A DNA stretch of 53,510 bases, counting the filler, from Sphacelaria rigidula (taxonomy: Eukaryota): the NCBI GenBank assembly GCA_964200075.2. It is 3 parts of 3 records of this genome, joined end to end, with 100 filler letters (N's around TTAATTAATTAA, not from the genome) between each part and the next. Parts side by side here need not be neighbours in the genome. Positions count along the whole stretch, not along the records: positions 1 to 17,779 come from CAXNAA020000997.1; 2 more parts are not named here. One strand, 5' to 3'. The notes below the pieces were generated by a model, which worked only from the letters and a program-made list of their open reading frames with translations, was not told the DNA's origin and did no database searches. Below are positions 1-11,400 of this stretch, piece by piece. Both the position numbers and the translations under genes were made by a program. Within the stretch, counting starts at the first letter, position 1; the number at the start of each line of letters is the position of its first letter.

Positions 1-69
1 TGAATTTGGTGATTTTGAGTCGTGATGATTTGTCCTAACCGTGATCTTTTTCGAGCGCTGTAATATTGA

Positions 70-1330
70 ATCATCCTCGGGAGTCTGGCAAAGGCAGGTG
101 TTGCCAGGCATTTCGCAAAGATGTCCGCAAGTTCCTTTTCCCTTATCGTGCGATGTAGCGTCACCTGAACGCCTTGCACTAAGTCCGTTACCAAGTGGTG
201 GCATGTGCTAGCGAGTTGGTTCGAGAACTGATCATCCTTTTCCGCCCCAAGCTTGAATGCTCCGGTGTTATCCTTTGAAATACTGCAAGGATGTTGCTGG
301 TGTGGATAGCCAGCCTCTTTGATACGGTAGGTCAGGCTGATCAGTTCTTCCTCCGCTGTAGATTAGGCGGTGAGCTTTTTGAAGAGATGATGTCCGTCAG
401 ACGGGTCTTTAGCAAAACATAAAAGGGTAACCCGAGGTCACTCTACGTTCATCGGGATCTAAGAAGCGAAGCTACTGACGCAGTATTCCGTTAGACGAAA
501 TCTTTCTGTCTCACTGGTGATGGTGATAAAGTTTCCCTCCAGAAAGCGTGGGGCATGTTCTGCCCTCACTATGTGTGACAGTCCGGGCTTGCTGATCGCT
601 TGTGTCAGATGTGTTATCACAAAGTATCAGTACATACCGCACGGGGCAACAAAACAAGTGAAAGCAACGTTGCTGTTTCAGTGGTTACTGGGTCATGGCC
701 GCACGATGATAGCAGCCGTCAGCGGCAACCTGATTGAAAGCAGCTATCGTTTAGGGGTAAGCGACCGACACTTCCATAGACCAGTCCATAGCAAAGAGTG
801 AAGGTGACATGAACAAAATGACGAGGCGGGCTGTGAGTGACAACAAGCCGAAAACACTCGGTAAGCAGGCATGCACTCGTGTTTTCAGAAGCGGTAAAAC
901 TCGTACCACAAGAGTACCGTACTCATGGAACGCATGCCGCCGTAGCTCGTGTAAAGCGACTCGTTATTGTGTGGCCTTCGTTGAGCTCGGCGTGGTCAAC
1001 ACTTTGTGAGGAGGGAAACAGTGAAAATACAGGGGCTTTCGACAGCACCCGTTGGAGTTGTGAGGAGATAGGATGGTATGCAATGTATTCATTGCGGATT
1101 CATGATTCGACATGATTGTCGCGTATTAAAAAATCCCCGAGGGATCCATCCGTGGTGGTATTGTAACAAGATAGGCGTAATCCAGTTCGATGAAACGGAA
1201 ACACTCGCTAAAGAAAAAAGGATGGGCAAACAAGAAGATAATTTGAACAAGAACGAGGGATGCTACCGTAGGGGTACACTTCTTGGTCTAAAAGCGTTCT
1301 GATGTTGCACACTAAGAACCATATATTTGC
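70..1330 (-). pseudogene. Degenerate Ty1/Copia reverse transcriptase-RNase H relic
   Basis: Manual minus-strand translation gives Copia pol motifs in the correct order, broken by stops and frameshifts: LDQEVY, ESPCIF, HLTQAISKPGLSH..RFLEG, DPDERRVTSGYPF, LTA*STAEEELISL, KDNTGAFKL, ELADIFAKCL (ADIFTK motif). The 5' boundary is approximate. Confidence 0.85.
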
Positions 1331-2329
1331 CATCCAGACGCTTCGGCAGTGCAGAGCCTCGGAAAAAATGTGCACCCCTACTTGAGAACCACTCAAACAT
1401 GATACAAAAACAAAGCAAAAAGCTAGAGAAGGAAATAAAACGAAGAGATGGAGAAGAGAGAGAAAAAAACGTTCCCGATGAAATATACGATGTAAAAATC
1501 TAAGAATGGACGGCTCTCGCACCATGAATTCAGGAAAAGCAAGCCCAGCCGCAACTACACCCACACCAACACCCACACAAAACAAAGGCCCCGGAAGCAC
1601 ATTGGCTAGCTTGCACTCACGGTAACGACGTATCAAACGCCAACGTCGTCCTTGACGAAATCTCTTACAGATATTCATTGCGTCAAGTGACCCGGTCACG
1701 GACCACTTGCGCATGAATGACGTGAAATTACACACAACTCCTGCTCTACCTCACCTCCTCTAGCACTGCAATGACATTCTCCTCCGTCAATATAAGCGTT
1801 TCTTGTGCCATCGAAAAGCTGCTGGTTATTCCACGGCCAGCATTCGCCGCGCGATTGGTGCTGGTCCTCCGTCTTCGTGCGTTGAACATGCTACCAACAC
1901 AACGGTAGCCACACGAGCAAAACAGGATCCGGGAAACGGGAGGTCATGGAACAACATAAACAGTATGCACCAACTATAATGTACTATAACGGCACAGCGT
2001 TTAGACAGATGAATCTGTTTTATAAACCCGTTTCCAGAACAGAGTTATATCCCCAACGACCACTTCGAGTCTCACCGAAAACATTTTATATTGCTCAGAT
2101 CCCAGCCAGACCTGCACAAGTAAAATAATACGGCGGTTGTAGCATCGGCAGTTGGTTCAACACCTTTGTACTCAGACAGAAATGATCCGACAAGAAATAA
2201 AACAACCACGAGCTGGGCCAGCCAACAGTGGGTAGTTTTCTCGCTTAGGTGATGCACGGCGTAAAGGAGTATGACGCTGAAATTTTGACAGCAGCTTCTT
2301 ATGATCGACATGCAAAACATCCCGAGAGC

Positions 2330-3900
2330 AGCAAAGGGAGTTATGGGGATTTGAAATTTCAGCAGCAAAAACAAGATAATGTCATGAGTCCAGGAAAAAA
2401 ATGAGAATCTGCAGCTGCTCCCGGATGTATCATTTCCTTGGGTGCAGAAGGTCTTCGTGAAATTTCAGCACAAGAGTCGTCGAATTGGGCCGTGCGTGCA
2501 ACATTTTGCCTGACGCTGCTGCACCCCACATATGCCCAGTGCGGGATAATTGCTGACGTCAAGCCACCGCATTGAAAAAAAAAAAGGCACTCCGACACGT
2601 TATCGCTCAACGATATCAGACGCACCCTGTACTCTATGCAATATAATAAGGACATCCGCAATACGACGCCAATCGAACAGCGACGCAGTCCTTTGTCATC
2701 AGGTGGGACTGCAGTTCACAACAGTGATATGCTTACATCGGGTTCATGCGGGAAACTGGGAAAGCTGTGGTGTGGGCGACTTTAAGCCGCTTATAAGCTG
2801 GCCCAGCTCGTGTTGTGCACGTCGAGTTCCGAAAAAACAACGCGCAGCCACTAACCAATCACGCACATTAGCTCCAGAGCAAGCCCTTGCTCATCGACAC
2901 ACAAACGTTTTCTTGGTGGAAATCCATTCAGTGCAAGAGGACGGGCGGCGCCGTGCGTGTTATACGTACCGTTGTCAGCGGTTTGTTTGCCTTCGACCTA
3001 GAAACAGATTCTGTTCGCAAGACAGATAATTTGGGGACTGTTCTCGAGGAGCGGTTTCTCAGCAAGTAATAATTACAGGTCGTTCGAGGAAAAACAGATG
3101 AATATGTTTTCGATAAGACACGGCCGAACAGCTGTGATGTTCGAGAATGACCACACCCAACCATCAAGTGAGGCTACGCCGTCAAATCAACTATTAATAG
3201 TCCATTCATTAGTCAAACACGAACCACTTTTATAATGTAGCTGCTAGCAAGTTGCCTTGGGACTCAACGTGCTCACGTTCCTCCGCCACAAAATGTCTCC
3301 CAAGTAAAGCAGCGAAGTCTACAGCGTGGCTCATTCGGGGTTCCAAACATTTACCACGATAGCACAGAAGAGAGCCTACCGTTTTGTTGTTGAGGGCTGG
3401 CGCATCGGGTAGGCATGACCAAGATGACATGGTACAGAGGAAACGCTTCATCAACTTGATCCAACGTCCAGCATCGCCACTGCCGTTTTACTGCCGCAAC
3501 AGTACAGCGGCGGCACACCGTAGGGGATGGTCGGCGAACCATGAACGAATGACATACGATGGTACAGCTGGGCTCGGACGCTATCGAATTTTCCTCGGGC
3601 TTGGTTGGGACGAGGAAAGCCCGGCAAACATCCAGTACATATCTGATATGGTCAGGGAACGGCACCCCGGCGCCATTTTTGCAGCAGCAGAGGTTCGTAC
3701 CAGCACACCACTTGAGATAGACGGCACCAAGGAGGGCAGACTTGAAGCAACGCAAGCACCGACTTCTGTACAGCCATAAGAAGCAAGACCATAAAGTATT
3801 TCACAACGATAACCCTCTCCACCTGTAGGAAATTCGCTGGCGGTGGTTCGGCAAGCCCCATGTCCTCGAAGACGATCCATGATCGCCAGCGCCGGCGGCG
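2330..3900 (-). pseudogene. Possible highly decayed hAT (DUF659-type) transposase relic
   Basis: Scattered, collinear weak motifs in different minus frames: SLTISDMYW (cf. TIxSDGW), LSVLRTES, HTTAF..NP, WLDVSNYPAL and VAR...SCA..R..SA...IH (cf. hAT C-terminal dimerisation domain). Each motif is weak on its own. Confidence 0.3.
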
Positions 3901-4492
3901 GAGCGTGCTCTGCCGGCCGACAGACTGCGGCTTCTAACGTGCGTTGTGAAGGCGAAACCTGATATATGCTCGAAATGCCTGGACAATAGTCCCAGCTTCA
4001 TTGCCCACAGTAAGAGTACACGTAGCATGATGGCAGCAATTCTTTTATGAATAAAAAGAGACCGTGGATAGCGACACCGAGGAACGAAAACGACGGAGGA
4101 GGCTGCGCCGACGGGACTGTGTGATCATGTTTACAGTCTAGAGGGTTCGTGTTTTTTACTAATACATTTGATTAATTTCATATGGTCCCGTTGGTACATA
4201 CAAATATGACTAGACCACAGACCGTTTCCATCATTTATGCTTTGTCGTAATCCAAAATGATTGTTTTTCACTATTGTCATTTCATAGCCAAAAAAATTGT
4301 TCCTGCCCCGGATTCGTTGAACGTCAGTTGTTTGCTTCCCGTGCCATCTTCAGCGAAAGCTAGAGTACCACACGTACATATACAGTTCCCCCCCCATTAT
4401 TTCTTCGTTCTTACCAAGGCAAGTCCAGGGGGACTTACTGTTTATTTCCTGCCTACGTCGCATCATCTACTCTACACTTCCACTTCTTCATC

Positions 4493-5203
4493 ATGGGCGA
4501 AAAGCTGATGCTTGGAGAGCTAATGGGTGACAATTGTTTCCCCAGAGATACATCATCCCGAGACAGCACCCGAAGCAGGAGCAACGGCAGCAGCATGAAC
4601 AGCGATAAGAGAGAGCGGTCGGGCACCCTTTTCATCAGCAGTGAAGATCAAAAAGATGCTCAAGATCTACTTTCCGTCTTCCCCGGTAATAGTAGCAGCA
4701 ATCGTAAGAGACAACGAAGCCCCTCGGGCTACTGTCAAGTTCAGCGCAAACCTCAGCCCCCTTCTATTCGAAGCATAAACGTGGAAAATAATTGTGATGT
4801 TGCCAGCCGCGACGTGCCCTGGCCCCCCGAAACACACGTGGTGGGCGGAAACACGTGTAGTGATGGTGATGCGGTGAAGGCGGGGGCGGGGGCTGCTACT
4901 CTGGTGGGAGGTTCATTCATTTTTGGAAGGGCAGCGGTGGTCGAGGATGAAAATGGAGTAGAATCTGATTCTGATCGATCTCACCGATTAGCATATTTGA
5001 GTTCCAGAGGTTATTTGGATGACGCGCAGCTGATGGATTTGTTGGATGCTAGTGTTTATGAGGATCAAGAGAACGCCGATGAAGTGGGTCGTGGTGATCG
5101 TATGGTACAAGAACTAGTCTTCGTACCCTCGTCAGAGTTGGAAGTAAACGCGAAAGATCTGCGAGACGATAGGGAAATGGTGGACGTTGGCGCCGCTGCT
5201 TGA
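4493..5203 (+). CDS. Hypothetical 236-aa ORF with Ser-rich N-terminus and acidic C-terminus
   Basis: Uninterrupted ATG-to-stop ORF within otherwise decayed sequence; no recognisable family. Confidence 0.35.
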   Translation: MGEKLMLGELMGDNCFPRDTSSRDSTRSRSNGSSMNSDKRERSGTLFISSEDQKDAQDLLSVFPGNSSSNRKRQRSPSGYCQVQRKPQPPSIRSINVENNCDVASRDVPWPPETHVVGGNTCSDGDAVKAGAGAATLVGGSFIFGRAAVVEDENGVESDSDRSHRLAYLSSRGYLDDAQLMDLLDASVYEDQENADEVGRGDRMVQELVFVPSSELEVNAKDLRDDREMVDVGAAA

Positions 5204-7599
5204 AAAGTCACTCACCATTCAGGGTATTTTTGTTATTGACTCAGCAAGCTCTTCTGTTGCGGAAAAAAGTTCCTCTGGTCATATTTTGAAATGAAATGGA
5301 GAACTTCGATTTACGCGAGTTGAACCTGGATGTATTACACTTGCTGCTCTGTGTAAACTGTAAACTGGGCCGAATGTAGTGTAGGGTGTTGTATATAAAG
5401 TGTAAATGTGTTTACTTTCGAGACTGGATACACGTCGTCTGTCCCTGGCCCCGTGCCCTCTGTAGCGTATGCTACACACGTATTGGTATGAACTCCAGGT
5501 TTTTCTCTCGTGTTCGGGAGATGCTCTGGATGTGCCATTAACCTGTGTATAGTTGCCCCGTTTTATTTGAGCGAGGTGAATTAACTCTGTGTGCGGATAA
5601 GTGTGGGGAATGTCCGGGGCACCGCCAGCTGTCATGCCCGTTTTGCACTTGTTCGTGAGTGTCTCGATTGACTGCCTCTGATTTTTGATTTCTGCGACCT
5701 CGTTGGCCTTCACCCCAGCTGGCGCGTTACCTGCACTCTCTTGAGTCTGCATGGAGAAGAAAGCGAGTGCAACGGTGCAACTGCACTCGTACACGGCTGA
5801 GACGCACACGAGAGGGTGAGCGTGTTTTGTATTTTCACTGCAGTTTTGTCTGTTCTGTAGAATGTCCTTGGTGTAAGTACCAATCTCCATTTTGACCGTT
5901 CTTGCATCACGCAGACTGTAGACGGGTGGTGAATGGAGGTCATGCGGCACTTCCTGTTGCCCGCTTCCGAGCATCTGGGTGCAGCAAATTGTACCGCTTG
6001 GTTGAAGTCGCGAGATTAGTTAACTTCGTGGGCCATTTCTTATTCTCGTCTTCCTTGCATGCAATCGCACGCCTTGGTCACACGATGTGGCTTCTACACG
6101 AGGAGACCCCCGGGGCACAGATGACCTCAGTGGAGACACAGCTGCTGTGCTTTCACGCGGGTGTTCATGGCGGGCGAGCTGTGAACCGTTTACACGGTGC
6201 TCGGGGTGAGCGTTTCGTTTTTTATATAGCTTTCGTTGAAGAAAAACCTGGTATTTTCTACCGTTTGTGGTGGTCTCGTCACTCCGGGGTAAAGAACTGA
6301 ATCTTACCCGGGATGTCTATGTGCCTGTGTACTTTCACGCCCAGGCATGATGTGAGCACTCCTTCCTCTACCGAAATGATGAAATAATGTCAGTTCCGCT
6401 TTGCGGTGCAACTCTCATACTCGTGCAAACCCTGCCTTGCGCTTGAAATTTATGCTGCGTTCGAATGCAACAACCGACAGTCGGGATCGAGATGAATGTG
6501 TTGGCTCGAATGCCCGTCGATCCCACATACTCTCGTCCACAGCCTGCTTTGCGTTCGCCGCTTCTCAGTCCTCGATGGCCGGGGCTTGAACGGCAGCATT
6601 CAAAGCTGAGTTGATTTGCATCGGAGGGGTTTCCGTGCGCGTCGAGGAATTTTCAATTCTGTCCGGTATATGGGGAGGGGACACTTTTTGCAGCAAGTTT
6701 GTACCTGAGCCCTGATGGTTCATCACTCCGAACGATGTCGTACCTGAGCTCTGAGTGCTCACTGCGAACGGTAAGGGGGAGTGCATCAACGCCATGAGCG
6801 TGCTGCGTAATTTCTTGGTGCAAGACCCTACCATATGCGATTCCTCTGTTCCTGATGCTTGATGAGAGATGTGATGATTTTCACGTAAACGACGAGTGGT
6901 ATACTCACTACGCATGGCGTTCCGACCGCCCCACTTTCGGCCTTTAACGAGAAAAGTGTCATTCGGAGGACAGGATTTGATTTTCGAAAATCTGTTGCGT
7001 TCAAGGAATATCGAACAAATGCGGTGAGTCTTCTCGAGTCGCCGAGCACCCAGCTATGTTTTAATATCCTGTCCCGGACGTCCGAATCAAGCATTAAAAT
7101 TGGCGGCAGGCATATATGTAGACATGACGCCCTGCCATGGCCCCCAGAAGGGCAGGGAGAAGTGTTGTCAGACCGTTTCCTGGACATGACGCCATAGCGC
7201 AGCGACACCTACAGCACACAAAACAGAGCATGAGAGTGTGCTGCAGCACAGTGGTACAGGACATGTCCCATTCGATAGATGTTTTCCTAATGTCATGTGG
7301 GTCCTCGATTCTCAGCCATAATTGCGCTTCGCGCTAAGATACCGTATTTTACTTCGGGTTTCCCCTACCTGTGGGAGGTGAGCCTACTTCCTCGCCTCGG
7401 TGGAAATTTCGTAGAAGTTTTCTGTGTGTCGAGCCGCACATGCCATATTTGCACTTCAGCTCATTTTCACCCCAGCCAGTGCGGAGTCTCACCAAGACAA
7501 CGCCACGCTGAAGCTCTAGTCTGAAAATATTTCTCAACTGCACAGCGAGCAGTCCGTTCCATTGTATCACGCTTCGACCGTCCCCGTCTTCCCTAACTG

Positions 7600-9660
7600 A
7601 CGGCCTCCGGCTAGGGCATTTTTGCCGAATGCCATGTCCCTGGACCCGCTGTTAGGTATCCTCAGAGTGAGCGCGAACAAGGTATTGGGTAGGTTTTGTG
7701 CCATTAATGCATGCATTCCCGCCTCAACCTACCCTTGAACTTGCACTGGCGAGTATATCGCGACGCCATCATCTTCGCTGTCCCTTCTCACGCGGCGGCG
7801 GAGCCCATGCCTCTCACGCGCCGTCCAAGGAGGATCTGATAAAGGTCAAGTGCGCTCGTTACGTGTGATGTGTCGGGTTTACCGCATCTTGTTGGTTGCT
7901 TGGCCCAGAGGCGGTCCCCTTCATTCTTTCATCTGCTTCATGTTTGCCGTGGACATACTGAACGCTCAACTCGAAAAATCGAAGGATCTTTGTCGTTGAT
8001 ACCTTGCCCGCCCGAGATCTGTTTTCCTGGAGAAAGTTCGGGTAAAACCATCATCCAACTATGCAAGTCCAGAGCGATGTTCGAGATGTTACAGATTTCA
8101 CTCGTCCAGAGTACAGTACCTTACGTCGTGATCCCCGAAATTAATCTGGCAGCCTCTGAAACGTGCCCTTCTGATGCCATTCTCGTATGCGTCAGTATCG
8201 ATATCCTTCATCCGCTTCCTCCGACAACGTCGTTGACCCACTGACTCGATACATGATATCTGCAGTCTTTTCATCCATTATTACTCGGTTAAATCGTTTC
8301 AACGACGATTTCTCGCTTTTAAAGCTATAACCGTCGTGAACATGATGCAAAAGTTGTGTTGATAGCTCACCTGAAACGTGGTGGCATATCTTTGAACTCC
8401 GAAGCACAAGAGAATAATCGACGCCGTTTCTGCATGAATGTGGTCGTGCTGGACATGATGTGTGTTGACTGCGCATGCGCAAAGCGCACGACATATATAT
8501 TTTGAACCAGTCACGCTGTCTTTGCAACTCGTCGGTGTGACTGAGGAGCCGACCTGTTCAACATGGAACGTTCGAACCTGAAGTTCATCAGACAAGAAAT
8601 TTACCTTCCAATACTGCACTTATTCTCAACACCGGTCCAACACACTCATCATAGCAGCACCTCCATTTTAATTGAGCACACTGCTTTCTCGTACTGTCCG
8701 CGTCCTTGAAGATGTGCAAGCCACTGCCCGAATACGTCCTGGGTGATTCAATGGGGGACTACGTGTGGCAGCATCTTGGAAATAGGAAGTCCAAGCCGGG
8801 GTGATCTATAGTGACTGTTCCCCTGAAACTATCGAAACATCTCTGGATTTTGTTCTCTGAAGCTGTTGAGTATGCGAGGGACCGGATGAATGAACCAAAT
8901 CGTGAAAATGAGGAGGGGTGAGGGTCTCTGTTGTACATCGTACCCATGCTCAAGTACTCTCATCATGTGTGGCACGTTCCCTCGGAAAAACGATACTTGC
9001 GGAGGTTTTTCAAAAATGAGAGACGGATTCACGAGTGAAGAGTACATGAAATCATGAATGCAGTGAGGCACACGCGTGTATGTCGGATTGGCACGCTGTT
9101 GAAATTCTCCCGAAAAGAACTGCAGCAGCTCGACACCGGCAATTACACCGGTTTGGCCCAGCAGCTTCTCGCTGTTTCGGGTATCACTCCCGATGACCTC
9201 ACACGCTGTGTTGGATGATCTCGCCTTTTTGATATTCCCAATTTGTACTCCGGTGCTTATTCGAATAAAAGGATCTGCGGAGTACCTTTTGTCGACATGA
9301 CACGTATTCGGTGTAGTGTCCATGTTGTGAAATCGATCCTGCAAGAATTTGATTTACCCCATGGAGGGCCTACCCCTCCAGAGTGAGTCATGTGGATGTT
9401 TGAGTGATCAGAAACACCTGTTTTCTGAATTCTTGTCCGTTTTTTGTTGGAAATCTGTGTTTGGCCGAAAACCAAAGTTTGGCCAGCGGGAAATACAAAG
9501 TTGCTCTGGAACGACCACAATGTGTGGAGTAAGTCATTCCAAGGCGTCCACATCTGCCTAGCCCCCTTTTCAGGCGTGGAATGACGGAGAAGGGCCGAAG
9601 AGGCAGTTCGAAGCAGGAATTCTAAACGCCTCCCATTGGAGTCGATTTCAACGAACACTG
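7600..9660 (-). pseudogene. Degenerate Mutator (MULE) transposase with SWIM finger and C-terminal zinc-knuckle remnant
   Basis: Collinear minus-strand motifs across frameshifts: FVEIDSNGRRLEF, MDTTPNT (first DDE Asp, cf. DxTxNT), C..H remnant near 8970, T*SPIES (catalytic Glu, cf. TSxxES), SCKDSVTGSKYICRALCA (SWIM-like) and QGHGIRQKCP. Confidence 0.5.
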
Positions 9661-10062
9661 TTCGTTGAAATTATGCCAGGAGTCTTTTCGGATGTAACGG
9701 CTTGACCGAAGAACTCAAAAAGTAAGGGTCACGATCCTGCAGCTTGGGTACAGCACCAAGTTTAGCCAACATCTCACCTGAGGTTGGTTTGTTGTGGTCG
9801 TGTGATGGAAAGGAGTCTGCACCGTCATTGAAGTTGCCTCCCTCGGATAAATGTTTAACTTTTTAAGGCATCTGCTTCAGTACATGGACTTTCAAACTTC
9901 TCTTCTCCACGCCTTCTTCTGTCCTCTCGATCGTGAGATCAACCCCTCGTGCTGTGAGAGGACTGAGTAGCGTGAAAGAAAGTCCGCTACCGATTAATTC
10001 CGCGAGTTTTCTACTGATTTCCGTGACTACCGACGGATCACTTCGTGTCGACCCACACTACC

Positions 10063-10063
<1 letters not shown>

Positions 10064-10097
<34 letters not shown>

Positions 10098-10195
10098 ACA
10101 CTCCCAACCACACGGCGGAAGCAAGCAGCGGATGCTCNNNNNNNNNNGCGTGTTTTTTTTTTTTTTCCCCCACTCCCCCCGGCTCCCCCTCTTCC

Positions 10196-10226
<31 letters not shown>

Positions 10227-10227
10227 T
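10064..10227. other. Low-quality poly-C / N tract
   Basis: Long C homopolymers around a 10-N gap; the poly-Pro and poly-Gly ORFs here are artefacts. Confidence 0.8.
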
Positions 10228-10744
10228 TCAGCAGCTCGAACAAGCTCGCACAACACCAGGTGTTGATCAAACTGCCGGAGCGATTTCATAACTACTTTTT
10301 GATCGAGCAGCAATCCCGCATGACAATTTTCGATGTGGGGCGAGTTTCACATGAGCTTTTTTGCGATGGGCGGCAACCCCGAAATATTACAGGAATTATG
10401 GTGTATGGATGGGGTTTTTACTTCTGCCGACCCAACGTTCGATGACTACACGCCCTTTGACGGTTAGAGCCATGCCCTCAACATAATGATTTCTGCATCA
10501 GACGACATGAGGGGAGATTTGAATTCCTCTCTTCAGTAACGAGTACGAGTCTCATTTGATCAATTCCAAAAATGAGCATTAAGGGTGAATCAGTATTTTT
10601 TAAGCTGGCGTCTGAGGTGAGGAGCATACAGCAATCGTGGGTGCACCGACGAACTTTGAATCAATCCTTGGACCGTGAGCGTAGTCCATCTGGATCACGA
10701 ATGCTCCTTTACGTGAAGCCGAGCCCGATTCAACAGATGACCTA

Positions 10745-11400
10745 CCCTCGATGTATGGGGATTGACGCGCCTCCAATCAAAAGCTTCACCCTCAGGTGAT
10801 CGATACGCACAACGCCCTAGCTTTTCAATTCCCCCCCCCCTTCTCGGCACTACGGCGCTTCGCGGTTGGTGGTTGAGTGCGAGCGCGGTCCGACGGAAAC
10901 CGGGCGCGCCCCGTCCCGGCTGTGTAGGGATGCAAGGTCGATGGTTTGACTATGGCATGCATGATCATGAGTACATTCCCCCCTCCTCCGTTGCACTGGG
11001 GGATCACTAGTTCAGTTGTCCTTGGACCCTCAATCGGGGCTGTATCGTGAGGACGTCCACCCGCGGAACAGGTGGACCCGTTTTCCACCTTGTTGGACGA
11101 CTATGGCGCAATTTTCGCCGCTATCTCCACCAACCGATTAGACACGGATCACAACCGAGTCTGCTCCGAGGGTGACGATGAGGAATACATGGTTTTCTTG
11201 GGATATACCCGTAAGGAACATCGGATGACAGTGAAGGTTGTCCGTGATACTATAGATGAAATCTTTGTGCGGTGTACTTCCCACACCCAATTTGTTGGTG
11301 TCAAGTTCACGGCTGCGGGCTGTACGATCGATTCATTGACGTGCAGAAAATATCGTTGTCTCTCGTCACCACCACTTCGCACTGCGTTGATTATCGTTTT
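10745..11400 (-). pseudogene. Putative AlkB-like 2OG-Fe(II) dioxygenase relic, interrupted by a repeat insertion
   Basis: Minus-strand motifs in AlkB order: (FCTS)MNRSY, GSTPHKD (HxD), FLIVTLGA (cf. SxSLGA), HLFRGWTSSRY / PHDTAPIEGPR (distal His region) and RRVNPHTSR (cf. RINLTFR). Stops and frameshifts are present. Confidence 0.4.
10925..10985 (+). repeat. Terminal fragment of a TAGGGATG-ended (hAT-like) dispersed repeat
   Basis: Matches the reverse complement of 34409-34467 (gtactcatgatc.tgcatgcc...gacc..gcatcccta) on another contig. Confidence 0.65.

Noticed and set aside
2887-3069. FDLET exonuclease-like motif on the + strand
   Set aside because: It is an isolated motif in a 60-aa ORF with no other DEDD motifs; the opposite strand fits a transposase relic better.
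9933-10445. Poly-proline and poly-glycine ORFs
   Set aside because: They derive from low-quality poly-C runs around an N gap.
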